Position numbers and translations under genes: made by a program. DNA of 62,688 nt, the filler included. It is 6 parts of 6 records of this genome, joined end to end, with 100 filler letters (N's around TTAATTAATTAA, not from the genome) between each part and the next. Parts side by side here need not be neighbours in the genome. Positions count along the whole stretch, not along the records: positions 1 to 27,662 come from SRR20825019_349; positions 27,763 to 35,211 come from SRR20825019_359; 4 more parts are not named here. One strand, given 5' to 3'. The notes under the pieces were generated by a model. The model had not been told where the DNA came from, made no database searches, and saw nothing but the letters and a program-made list of their open reading frames with translations. Positions 22,045 through 31,365 of the stretch are shown piece by piece (within the stretch, counting starts at the first letter, position 1; each line of letters begins with the position of its first letter).

Positions 22045-23781
22045 ATGGCATTCCCCCGATTAGAATTGACCATCCGTTCCCGGGTGATCCTGTTGTTTAC
22101 CCTGTTGATTGGCCTGTCCGTTGCGTCATCGGCCCTGGTATACCAGCGCATAGCCGGCATTGGTGACAGTGTTGATCAGCAGGCACGCGGCATCGCCGGC
22201 CAAATGGTTGCCATTGATGAGCAGTCCGAGCTCATTGACCAGCAAAGGGCGTTGGGCAAGCTGTCCGAACGCGTTACGGTCGCCCAGCAACATATGGGTG
22301 CGATGCAGTATTGGTATTTTCACGCCGCTCTGAATGCGGACATGGAGTCCCTGGACAAGGCTCAAGCCGCCTCCGAACAGTTGGTGGGCGAACTGGCTGC
22401 CATGGTGGCGGCCGATAGCAGCCTGCAGGCGGAGATCGCGGAAATGACAGAAACCGTGGAGCAGTACCGCACGCTCGGCGAAAAAATGTTCGAGTTCTTT
22501 GAAAAGTCCATGATGCTGATGGGGCGTTCGATGGCGGAGGCCGCCCGGGAACAGGCCGTTAGTCTCACGGCTAGCCTCAACGATATCCGCAGCGGCTACC
22601 AGCAACGGGAGGCCGTACTCACCGAGGGCGTGTTGGAAGCCGGAGAGACAGTCAGGCGTGCCAGTGATCAGGTCGCCATAAGTGGCGGTGCTATTCGACA
22701 CGAAATTGATCGGGCTGGATCGGTCAGCCTGATAATGGCTGGCGCGCTCGTTATCTCGGCATTGTTGCTGGGCACGCTGTTCCTGCGTTCACTGCTTCGT
22801 CCGGTGCGCAGGTTGGGGCAGCGTATTGGCGAAATACAGGCCGACAATGACCTGCGGGGCAGCCTCGAGTACCGCAAGAACGATGAATTAAGCGTGATCA
22901 CCCGCGCCTTTGACCAGATGCTGGCGCGATTTGGCGGTCTGATCGGTCATGTCGCTGCCTCCACCAATGAATTGGGGGATATGGCGGCTCAGGGACGGGA
23001 AAGCAGTCAGAGTCTTGCCGACCAGGTTGGACGCCAGCAACAGGAAACCAGTCTGGTGGCGACAGCTGCAAACGAAGTTACTGCCACTGCGGAAGAAGTC
23101 CGGAAGAGTGCCAACCACGCGGCATGCCTTGCCGATGAGGTTGGTGGATTGACGCACAGTGGCGGTCAATCGGCGGATGAAGCCGTTGCCGCCATGGCTA
23201 GGCTGGAAACACGAGTGGAAGCCGTGGCCGAAACCATCGCCGGGCTGGCCAGCCAAAGCCAGTCTATCGGCCAGGTCGTGGATGTAATCCGGGGCATTTC
23301 GGAGAAAACCAACCTGCTGGCATTGAACGCTGCCATTGAAGCGGCCAGGGCCGGTGAAATGGGCCGGGGGTTTGCCATTGTGGCCGACGAAGTGCGGGGT
23401 CTGGCCAGCCAGACGGCGAACTCGACCGGGCAGATAGACGATCTCGTGTCATCGTTGCAGGCACAATCCCGTGATGCCGTTGAAGCGGTGGAGGCGGGGC
23501 GGGAGGAGAGCCGTACAACCGTCCAGCGCATCCGGCAATGCAGCGAGAGCCTGGGGCTGATCGATGAGAAGGCGGGCGAGATGCGTTTGCTCAACCAACA
23601 GGTCGCCCAGGCTGCGGCTGAGCAGAGCGAGGCTGTCAGCAAAATCGACGAAAACCTGATCAACCTCAAGCGCCAGATTGAAGACATTTCAGACAATGCC
23701 CGCGATACCGGAAGCATGACCGATTCCCTCGCGTCACTGAGCGAAGTGCTGAGAGGAAATATCAGCCAGTTCCGATACTGA
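22045..23781 (+). CDS. Methyl-accepting chemotaxis protein
   Basis: Two TM helices, HAMP ([10 protein letters not shown]), signalling tip [30 protein letters not shown]. Confidence 0.95.
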   Translation: MAFPRLELTIRSRVILLFTLLIGLSVASSALVYQRIAGIGDSVDQQARGIAGQMVAIDEQSELIDQQRALGKLSERVTVAQQHMGAMQYWYFHAALNADMESLDKAQAASEQLVGELAAMVAADSSLQAEIAEMTETVEQYRTLGEKMFEFFEKSMMLMGRSMAEAAREQAVSLTASLNDIRSGYQQREAVLTEGVLEAGETVRRASDQVAISGGAIRHEIDRAGSVSLIMAGALVISALLLGTLFLRSLLRPVRRLGQRIGEIQADNDLRGSLEYRKNDELSVITRAFDQMLARFGGLIGHVAASTNELGDMAAQGRESSQSLADQVGRQQQETSLVATAANEVTATAEEVRKSANHAACLADEVGGLTHSGGQSADEAVAAMARLETRVEAVAETIAGLASQSQSIGQVVDVIRGISEKTNLLALNAAIEAARAGEMGRGFAIVADEVRGLASQTANSTGQIDDLVSSLQAQSRDAVEAVEAGREESRTTVQRIRQCSESLGLIDEKAGEMRLLNQQVAQAAAEQSEAVSKIDENLINLKRQIEDISDNARDTGSMTDSLASLSEVLRGNISQFRY

Positions 23782-23880
23782 GCCGAAACCGCTAGTAAAA
23801 GCCACACAATACGCCATACTTTGTTGTGATTTGGTATCTGACTGATAATCTGTACAAAACACTGGCAAACAGGACGTTGT

Positions 23881-25203
23881 GTGGCTTCATTTCAATTCAA
23901 AGATCGGCTTCAGTCTGCGGAAACCTGGATTCTCGCCAATCCCAATCCACCGCAACACTGGCCATGGACCTGGCTTTATAAAACCGGGCGTACCGCCTAT
24001 GCGCTGGTGCGGGACGTCGTTAGTGGCAACCTGACGCTTCATGCCATGAGCCTGGTGTATACCACCTTGCTGAGTATTGTGCCGTTGCTGGCCTTGAGCT
24101 TTTCGGTGCTCAAGGCGCTGGGCGTACACCAGCGTATGGAACCCTTCCTGTTCCAGTTCTTTCGGCCCATGGGCCCCCAGGGCGTCGAGATTGCCGAGCA
24201 GATTCTGGGCTTCGTGGATAACATGAAAGTGGGTGTGCTCGGCTCGGTCGGCCTGGCACTGCTGGTTTATACCGTGGTGTCACTGGTGCAGAAGATCGAG
24301 CGTTCTTTCAACATGATCTGGCGGGTGCCGGACATGCGCTCGATGGCCCAGCGCTTCAGTAATTATCTCAGCGTTATCATGGTGGGGCCGTTGTTGATGG
24401 TGTCGGCCATCGGTATCAGTGCCACCATTTTCTCGTCGGCGTTCGTGCAGGCGCTGATGGAAATCGAACCGCTCGGCTCCATGATTGTCTTCGCCACCCG
24501 CTTTACCCCATTCATGCTGGTGGTCGGGGCGTTCACCTTCGTATACGTGTTCATTCCCAACACCCGGGTGAAGCTTCGCTATGCGTTCATCGGTGGACTG
24601 GTGGCAGGTATATCCTGGCAGGCGGCGGGTATGCTGTTTGCGTCGTTTGTCGCCGGTTCCGCCAAGTACGCTGCCATCTATTCCAGTTTCGCAATCGGCA
24701 TCATCCTGTTGATCTGGGTGTACCTCAACTGGATGATTCTGCTGCTGGGGTCCAGCATTGCCTTCTATCTCCAGAACCCGGGCTCGGTGGCCAAACGCCG
24801 CCAGGTGCGGTTGTCGCCGGAACTTCTGGAAAAAACCGGGCTGGCGTTGATGTGGCTGGTGGCGAAACCCTTCAGCGAGGGCCGGCCGGCACCGCAGCAG
24901 GAAGCGGTTGAGCAGCAACTCAGGGTGCCGGGGGAGGTGACCCGTGGTATCAGCGACAAGCTGATCCGCGCCCAACTGCTGACATTGGCCGGTCGCAACG
25001 GCGATTGCCTGGCTCCGGGCCAGTCCCTCGAGAGGATCACCGTTGGCAGCGTGCTGGAAGCCATACGTCGTGATGAGGATCGGGTTGCTGACCGTTTACC
25101 TTATGCCGTGCCGAGCCATCTGATGGAACGCCCTCCGGAGCACGAATCGGTGTCCTTCGCCGAACTGCTGAAGCAGGAAGGGGGTTACGGAGAAAAAACC
25201 TAG
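23881..25203 (+). CDS. YihY/BrkB family membrane protein with C-terminal extension (possibly Rrf2-like HTH)
   Basis: YTTLLSIVP, IERSFNMIW, Y..IYSSFA, WVYLNW.ILLLG. Confidence 0.85.
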   Translation: MASFQFKDRLQSAETWILANPNPPQHWPWTWLYKTGRTAYALVRDVVSGNLTLHAMSLVYTTLLSIVPLLALSFSVLKALGVHQRMEPFLFQFFRPMGPQGVEIAEQILGFVDNMKVGVLGSVGLALLVYTVVSLVQKIERSFNMIWRVPDMRSMAQRFSNYLSVIMVGPLLMVSAIGISATIFSSAFVQALMEIEPLGSMIVFATRFTPFMLVVGAFTFVYVFIPNTRVKLRYAFIGGLVAGISWQAAGMLFASFVAGSAKYAAIYSSFAIGIILLIWVYLNWMILLLGSSIAFYLQNPGSVAKRRQVRLSPELLEKTGLALMWLVAKPFSEGRPAPQQEAVEQQLRVPGEVTRGISDKLIRAQLLTLAGRNGDCLAPGQSLERITVGSVLEAIRRDEDRVADRLPYAVPSHLMERPPEHESVSFAELLKQEGGYGEKT

Positions 25204-26240
25204 GCGCGGGTTTTTGCACCCGCTTCCAGGGTATCGAGGATCACCTTGCGTACCCGCGTAAACTGCTCCCTCGAGATGTTAGTAATACGCAATACGTCGT
25301 CTTCCGGCATATTGCGCTGGTGGGCGTGGCGTAACACCTCCCGGGTGCCGATAATAATACCGTCGTTCAGCGGGGTGTGTTGCTGCCTCGGTGCCGGCCG
25401 TTCCGCCGCCAGAAGCTGGGCGTGGTATTTAGGCGGCAGCCCCCATTCATTGGCCAGTAGTTGTGACGTGGCCCACTGGTAGCGGGAAAGGGCGATGTGG
25501 ATCAGCGAGGGTGGCGGTTCCGCCAGCCCGGATTCCGTCCTGCAGACGCGCTGCAACTCCCTTCGTAGTGTGATGTAAGAGAGTGCTGGCAGTAGGCCTG
25601 CCATGAAATAGACGCTGCTATCCTGGCCCTGAATCTTCGCAATCAACTCCGCACTGCGGGCACAGGTGAGCCCCCAGCGCCATACCCGTTGTGCAAAGAG
25701 TGCTTCCCGACTGTTCCTGGCCGCCATCATCGGCCGCATGATGGCGGCGGAAATAACGTTGCGAATACCGTCCATACCCAGAACAAAGACCGCCTGGTCC
25801 ACCGAGTCGATGGACTGGTCGCCGGTGCGGAAGTAAGGGCTGTTGGCAATTTGCAGTAGTTGGTCGGTCAACGCGGGGTCATTGAGGATGATCTCCGTCA
25901 GTTGGTTACGGCCTGTATTGGCATCGGAGAGTGCCCGCATCAGCATCGGCAGGGTCATGGGTTGGCGCGGTAATTCGTCCAGTTCACTATTGGCGATTCG
26001 CCAGCGCAGTTTTTCCAGCACTTCATCCCATTGCCCGGTTTCTGAGCGCAGCGTGGCAGGGGGTGAGTCAAGCAGCCAGCAAAACAGACGTTCTTCCAAT
26101 TTGTCGATCAGGGCCGGGTCTATGTCCGGGCTGTCGTTTGTTGAAACAACCGGGTTGAGCAGGCGGGATTCAGGTGCTGTTGCGGTTGTTGGTTTGTCGG
26201 ACGAGAAAAGTCCTGAAATCCAGGAAATAAAGCCTGGCAT
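25200..26240 (-). CDS. HDOD domain protein
   Basis: DPALTDQLLQIANSPYF, SVDQAVFVLG, LANEWGLP. Confidence 0.85.
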   Translation of the reverse strand: MPGFISWISGLFSSDKPTTATAPESRLLNPVVSTNDSPDIDPALIDKLEERLFCWLLDSPPATLRSETGQWDEVLEKLRWRIANSELDELPRQPMTLPMLMRALSDANTGRNQLTEIILNDPALTDQLLQIANSPYFRTGDQSIDSVDQAVFVLGMDGIRNVISAAIMRPMMAARNSREALFAQRVWRWGLTCARSAELIAKIQGQDSSVYFMAGLLPALSYITLRRELQRVCRTESGLAEPPPSLIHIALSRYQWATSQLLANEWGLPPKYHAQLLAAERPAPRQQHTPLNDGIIIGTREVLRHAHQRNMPEDDVLRITNISREQFTRVRKVILDTLEAGAKTRA

Positions 26241-26354
26241 CCGATGCCTCCGGGAAAAGAATAGTCGCCGGGAAATACATACCCGTACACCGCGAGTATA
26301 GAATGAGCTAGCGGCTATGCACAGTATAACAGCAGGCTTTTTGGCACTAGAGCC

Positions 26355-27584
26355 TCAGAAAACAGAGCCTCCGAAGACGAACACCAATTGGCAGATACCG
26401 GCGGCGAAACCCAGGAAGGCGCCCACCAGGATCAGTTTGATTTCGTCCTCCTGGAAGCAGGGTCGAAGAAGGTCTTGAAATTCCTCAGATGAGAGGGCAA
26501 TCATGCGCTCCACCATGATGCTTTCCACGGCCCTTGCCCGGTCGGTTTCGAACACCGGGTTATTGAAGGAGGTTTGCGAAATTTCGATGGCTTTTTTGCC
26601 GACCTGGTTCTTTAGGGTCGCAAAGCCTGTTGGTCCAAACGCCATCTGAGTCAGGGCCTTACCCATGCCGGCGGTTTCGTCCACCAGGGGTTTAATGTGT
26701 TTTTTGACCATGTTGCGGGCCCGGTCGCCCTTTGGGCCCTCCAGTATGGCGTTGATGATGTTGCCAACCGTGAGTATTTCGTGGGTGACGATGTGGCAGA
26801 AGGATTCGGCGACTTCCTGCTGGCGTTTGAGGAACAGTCCCTGGAATCGGAAAGGGCCGACTTTCTTTTCGTGCAAGGGCCGGAAGATCACGTTCAGCGC
26901 GATCCAGTTGGTCGCCCAACCCACCATCAGACCGAAGAAAGGCAGTACCCACCAACTTTGGTAGAAATACCAGACGGTCATCTGAACCAGGCCGAACAGG
27001 AAGCCGAAATAGAAGCCGGAGTTGATGATGAAACGGAATTCCACTTCCCCGCACTCGATGAAGATCCGGTTCAGCAGCCGTTTGTCCTTGGCCAGGCGTT
27101 CGATGACCATGCTTTTGATGTCGAGCAGGTCTTCGATGTTGTCGGAAACGTCACCCACCAGGTTGTCCACCAGTTGCGGGGTGGACTTACGTACCCGGTC
27201 GTAGACCATGTTCCTGGCTGAGGAGGGCAGGTTTTCCCAGAAGGTGGGGTATTCCTTGAGCATCAGTTCGTCGACGTATTCTTCGGTGCGGGGTTCGACC
27301 GTGTAGAGGATGTGGGCTGCCAGTACCTGGGGGTCGATTTGCTGGAAAATTTCCTGCACGGTGCCAATCTTGGAGATGGTGGCGTCGACGCTGATGGCGG
27401 CCATTTTTCGGGCCTTTGAGGGGATGATGCCCTGCCAGCCCAGTAGCGGAGGCTTGCCGACGAATTCCAGCGGGTAGAAGGTCATTTTGATGGCCAGCCA
27501 GTTCGTGGTCCAGCCGATCAGGGCGGCAATGACGGGGATACTGAGGTATTGCCAGAATTCTGGGGTGCTTAGCAGGCTTGTCAT
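26355..27584 (-). CDS. DUF445 family membrane protein
   Basis: Repeated IGWTTNWLAI / VGWATNWIAL and QG motifs, C-terminal EDE..LILVGA. Confidence 0.8.
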   Translation of the reverse strand: MTSLLSTPEFWQYLSIPVIAALIGWTTNWLAIKMTFYPLEFVGKPPLLGWQGIIPSKARKMAAISVDATISKIGTVQEIFQQIDPQVLAAHILYTVEPRTEEYVDELMLKEYPTFWENLPSSARNMVYDRVRKSTPQLVDNLVGDVSDNIEDLLDIKSMVIERLAKDKRLLNRIFIECGEVEFRFIINSGFYFGFLFGLVQMTVWYFYQSWWVLPFFGLMVGWATNWIALNVIFRPLHEKKVGPFRFQGLFLKRQQEVAESFCHIVTHEILTVGNIINAILEGPKGDRARNMVKKHIKPLVDETAGMGKALTQMAFGPTGFATLKNQVGKKAIEISQTSFNNPVFETDRARAVESIMVERMIALSSEEFQDLLRPCFQEDEIKLILVGAFLGFAAGICQLVFVFGGSVF

Positions 27585-27662
27585 CCGGTGTTCGCTTTTT
27601 GGGTTCTGGAGTTTGCTGCATTACGGGGAGGCCTTTCCAAAACACGCTCCTTGCGGCACATC

Positions 27663-27762
27663 NNNNNNNNNNNNNNNNNNNNNNNNNNNNNNNNNNNNNN
27701 NNNNNNTTAATTAATTAANNNNNNNNNNNNNNNNNNNNNNNNNNNNNNNNNNNNNNNNNNNN
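27663..27762. other. Artificial contig spacer
   Basis: 44 N + TTAATTAATTAA + 44 N; composition changes abruptly across it. Confidence 0.98.
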
Positions 27763-27877
27763 ATCAAATATTTGTGAATAAAATATTATTTGATATTGTT
27801 TGAATTCCGTTGCTATTATTTGACATCAAATCCTATGGAATTTTGAAGGGAAGTTGTTGATAACCCGAAAATTGATA

Positions 27878-28501
27878 ATGAAAAATCTGCTCAAAAACGT
27901 CAGTTTTGTGATTTTGGTTCTAAAAATGTGCTTCATTTTTGGACAAGAATCGACTGCTCAAAAACGAATTATAATTGACGTTGGACACGGTGGAAAAGAT
28001 ACAGGTGCAATCGGCATAAATAACATCCAAGAAAAGGATGTGGTTTTGTCCATTGCTGATGCCATTTTAAGGTTGAATAACAGCTTGGAAAATCCACTCG
28101 ATATTTATTTGACCAGGTATAGTGATACGCTCATTTCTTTATCAGACAGAACTAAGCTGGCCAAAGCACTAAAAGCGGATTTATTTGTGTCTTTGCATTG
28201 CAATCATTCTGATAATCCGGATGCGAGAGGGATAGAGGTTTATGCTTCAAGAAAACAAGAAAAATTCTCGAAAGCATCGGTTTTTATAGGCTATCAAATT
28301 GAACGAGCCCTTTGTGAAGCCATTGGTTATGAAAGTCGAGGTGTGAAGTTTGCGAATTTTCAGGTACTTCGGGAAACAGCAGATTATTGTCCTGCGATAT
28401 TAATGGAATTGGGCTTTTTAAGCAATGTAGATGAAGCTCAGTATTTAATGAGAAAAGAAAATGTGCTCGCTATTGCGCTATCAATTTTAAAGAAATTATA
28501 A
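27878..28501 (+). CDS. N-acetylmuramoyl-L-alanine amidase (Amidase_3)
   Basis: IIDVGHGGKD.GA, EK, FVSLHCN, MELGFLSN; N-terminal hydrophobic signal. Confidence 0.9.
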   Translation: MKNLLKNVSFVILVLKMCFIFGQESTAQKRIIIDVGHGGKDTGAIGINNIQEKDVVLSIADAILRLNNSLENPLDIYLTRYSDTLISLSDRTKLAKALKADLFVSLHCNHSDNPDARGIEVYASRKQEKFSKASVFIGYQIERALCEAIGYESRGVKFANFQVLRETADYCPAILMELGFLSNVDEAQYLMRKENVLAIALSILKKL

Positions 28502-28628
28502 ATTAAAAAAAAGGTTATGAAAGAACTATTCATCGAGATTATTAGAAGCATAAAGCAACTTATTTTTGCTTATTTCAGAGAGATTAAGAATTTAATGCGA
28601 TAAAATAGTTTTGACGATTTAAATATTA

Positions 28629-28644
28629 ATCGTAATATTGCAAT
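28629..28644. promoter_or_regulatory. Probable ArsR operator 1
   Basis: ATCGTAATATTGCAAT imperfect palindrome just upstream of arsR; recurs at 29015. Confidence 0.6.
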
Positions 28645-28663
28645 GAATTAATATAATGACGAA

Positions 28664-28996
28664 ATGGGATTGGCCAAAACCGAAATATTTACAGATGAGC
28701 AAAACCAAATATCGGTCTTTGCGAAAGCGTTTGGTCATCCAGCAAGAGTAGCTATACTACAACACCTTTTTAAAATCGATACGTGTTTCTGTGGCGATTT
28801 AGTCAAAGAAATAGGTTTGGCACAACCCACAATTTCACAACACCTCAAAGAGTTAAAATATTTAGGTCTTATAAAGGGAACTGTTGAAGGGACAAGTGTT
28901 TGCTATTGCATAGATATGGCCAACTGGAAAGAAATGAAGGATATTATGACCGAATTTTTGGGACAAGATTTGTTGCCAAAAGATGAATGTTGCTAA
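28664..28996 (+). CDS. arsR: ArsR/SmtB arsenic-responsive repressor
   Basis: GHPARVAIL, CFCGDL metalloid box, AQPTISQHLKEL, C-terminal CC. Confidence 0.9.
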   Translation: MGLAKTEIFTDEQNQISVFAKAFGHPARVAILQHLFKIDTCFCGDLVKEIGLAQPTISQHLKELKYLGLIKGTVEGTSVCYCIDMANWKEMKDIMTEFLGQDLLPKDECC

Positions 28997-29014
28997 AAAA
29001 ATTTAAATCAATTA

Positions 29015-29030
29015 ATCGTTTTATTGCGAT
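29015..29030. promoter_or_regulatory. Probable ArsR operator 2
   Basis: ATCGTTTTATTGCGAT between arsR and the next gene, preceded by ATTA as in operator 1. Confidence 0.55.
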
Positions 29031-29060
29031 AAACTTATATAGACTTGTAAACCCATAATT

Positions 29061-29699
29061 ATGAAAACAAAAACAATAATTCCCATTGTGGTGTTTTTAC
29101 TTTGCTTTCAGCAAGTAATTCAAGCACAAACCCTCAAGAATAAAATTCAGAAATCTGTTGTAGAAATTGGCAATACGTTCACGGAAATTCCTATGGAACG
29201 TTTAAAACGCCTTGACCAAGTGGCTTTTTTAATTTTCAAGAAAATGGATGATAATGAAAAAATGGATGTACTGTTTATTGATTCTGATAACCAAGAAATA
29301 AGTCAGCTTGCAATGGTTTGGCTACAAACAGGTATGATTTATTATGGTCATAATACTATGTTAAGTCTTCAATCTGCTGGTATCTCACCCAAAATCGAAC
29401 CAATATCAAAACTGGCAATTCTAAAAGAATATGGTTTTAGCATAAGAAATACGCGTGGGGAAAATCCAATGTCCTATAACATTGACTATGGTTCTGGAAA
29501 TTGGGTGGTTTATCCCAAGTCATTACAATCTCTACAATCAGCCAGCGATAATACTATTGAGATATATGTTGAGAAAATTTCATCCAACGAAACTGAAAAT
29601 AACAACGTCGAATTAATATTTACCGATACAAATACAATCGCGAGGGAAATGCTGTATCTGGCCACTCGAATAAACAATCTCTTGCAAACAAAACAATAA
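29061..29699 (+). CDS. Exported, catalytically degenerate homolog of Bacteroidetes LMW-PTP/ArsC-like proteins
   Basis: Signal peptide (..QVIQA|Q); scaffold IP.ER..LDQ, LFIDSDNQEISQLA..W, YYG, SAG, GF, GENP..Y.I.Y, IAREM resembles the family but lacks the C(x5)R P-loop. Confidence 0.55.
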   Translation: MKTKTIIPIVVFLLCFQQVIQAQTLKNKIQKSVVEIGNTFTEIPMERLKRLDQVAFLIFKKMDDNEKMDVLFIDSDNQEISQLAMVWLQTGMIYYGHNTMLSLQSAGISPKIEPISKLAILKEYGFSIRNTRGENPMSYNIDYGSGNWVVYPKSLQSLQSASDNTIEIYVEKISSNETENNNVELIFTDTNTIAREMLYLATRINNLLQTKQ

Positions 29700-29709
29700 T
29701 ATTATTACT

Positions 29710-30177
29710 ATGAAACTTTCACAAATTAAAAATCAGCTTACCCAATTGGACAGAATCGCTTTCCAATTACCCAATGGCGATTTAGTCCCCAGTCATTTTC
29801 ACGTTACCGAAGTAGGTAAGATTACCAAAAACTTTATCGACTGCGGTGGAACGGTACGTAATGAAGAAGTTGCCAATTTTCAACTGTGGAATGCAGATGA
29901 TTATGACCATAGGTTACATCCCGAAAAACTACTCGATATTATCGAGCTTTCAGAGAAAGTATTGGGTATCGAAGATTTAGAAATTGAAGTAGAATACCAA
30001 GCTGAGACCATCGGCAAATTTGGACTCGATTTCGACGGTAAAAATTTCCTGTTGACTACAAAACAAACGGACTGTCTCGCAAAAGACCAATGCGGTATCC
30101 CTACAGAGAAACCTAAAATGAAATTATCTGAAATTCAAGCAACAAATTCCTGTGCACCAGGAAGTGGCTGTTGCTAA
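29710..30177 (+). CDS. DUF6428-like arsenic-operon protein
   Basis: VPSHFHVTEVG, FIDCGG, FQLW..DYDHRL, TDCLA..QC, terminal CAPGSGCC. Confidence 0.75.
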   Translation: MKLSQIKNQLTQLDRIAFQLPNGDLVPSHFHVTEVGKITKNFIDCGGTVRNEEVANFQLWNADDYDHRLHPEKLLDIIELSEKVLGIEDLEIEVEYQAETIGKFGLDFDGKNFLLTTKQTDCLAKDQCGIPTEKPKMKLSEIQATNSCAPGSGCC

Positions 30178-30197
30178 ACCTATAAAAAAACTTCACA

Positions 30198-30971
30198 ATG
30201 AGAATAATACTATTCAGCGATATTCATTCAAACTTACCTGCATTACAGGCCTTTTTTGAAGATTTGGAAAATAGGGAATACGATGCCATCTACTGCCTTG
30301 GCGATTTGGTGGGCTATAACGTTTGGCCCAATGAGGTCATCGAGGAAATTAGAAATCGAAAAATACCGACCATCGCCGGCAATTACGACTTTGGTATTGG
30401 CAGGAAAAGCGACGATTGCGGTTGCGCCTATAAAACCGATGAGGAAAAAGCAAATGGGGCGGTCTCGATTTCTTTGACCAACGAATTGGTAAATGAAAAC
30501 AACAGGGCGTATCTGAGAACACTTCCAGCTCATATCAAATTGGAATTCCAATTAAATGAAGACCAATTGAATGTACTACTGGTACACGGAAGTCCACGAA
30601 AGATAAATGAATATCTCTTTGAGGACAGGGCAGAGAAAAGTATGATTCGTATTATGGAACAAGCCGATGCTGATGTGATGTGTTTTGGGCATACGCACAA
30701 ACCATATCACAGAACTTTCAATTCGGCAGATGAAAGTACGTCACATTTTCGACACGCTATCAATATCGGGTCAATTGGCAAACCCAAAGACAGCGATAAC
30801 CGAGGTAGTTACGTCATTTTAGATATTGACGAGAACGCTTCCATTAAAGATAAGGACAGTATTACTGTTGAATTTGTAAAGTTTGAATACGATATCGAAA
30901 AAGCGGCGAAGGCCGTCGAAGACAGCATATTACCCAACAGCTATGCTGATAATTTAAGAAACGGATATTAA
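30198..30971 (+). CDS. Metallophosphoesterase (YfcE/calcineurin-like fold) with a CGC insertion
   Basis: SDIHSN, GDLVGY, GNYD, HGSP, GHTH, NIGS; DDCGCAY after GNYD. Confidence 0.88.
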   Translation: MRIILFSDIHSNLPALQAFFEDLENREYDAIYCLGDLVGYNVWPNEVIEEIRNRKIPTIAGNYDFGIGRKSDDCGCAYKTDEEKANGAVSISLTNELVNENNRAYLRTLPAHIKLEFQLNEDQLNVLLVHGSPRKINEYLFEDRAEKSMIRIMEQADADVMCFGHTHKPYHRTFNSADESTSHFRHAINIGSIGKPKDSDNRGSYVILDIDENASIKDKDSITVEFVKFEYDIEKAAKAVEDSILPNSYADNLRNGY

Positions 30972-30983
30972 AACCTTGCAAAA

Positions 30984-31364
30984 ATGGAAGCATCTGATAA
31001 TCTATATTTTTCGAAAGAACATACTTGGGTAAAAATTGAAAACGATACCGGAACGGTTGGTATTACCACTTTTGCACAAAGCGAACTTGGCGAGATAGTG
31101 TATGTTGACTTACCAAACCTGGGCGATGAGTTTGAACAGGATGAAGTTTTTGGCTCTGTCGAGGCACTTAAAACGGTAAGTGATTTATTTATGCCACTTT
31201 CGGGCGAAATTACCGCCGTTAATGAGAATCTACTTGAAAATCCAACACTTGTTAATGAAAAACCTTTTAGTGAAGGTTGGATGGTCAAAATACAAGTTAG
31301 TGACCTTAACGAACTTTCAAATCTTTTAAGCCACGAGGCTTATCAAAAATCAATCAATAAATAA
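30984..31364 (+). CDS. gcvH: Glycine cleavage H-type lipoyl carrier protein
   Basis: [33 protein letters not shown] (lipoyl-Lys), PLSGEI..VN, GW. Confidence 0.93.
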   Translation: MEASDNLYFSKEHTWVKIENDTGTVGITTFAQSELGEIVYVDLPNLGDEFEQDEVFGSVEALKTVSDLFMPLSGEITAVNENLLENPTLVNEKPFSEGWMVKIQVSDLNELSNLLSHEAYQKSINK

Positions 31365-31365
31365 T

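Noticed and set aside
27707-27718. TTAATTAATTAA recurring five times, as a biological repeat
   Set aside because: Always centred in N runs; it is an all-frame stop linker added during concatenation.
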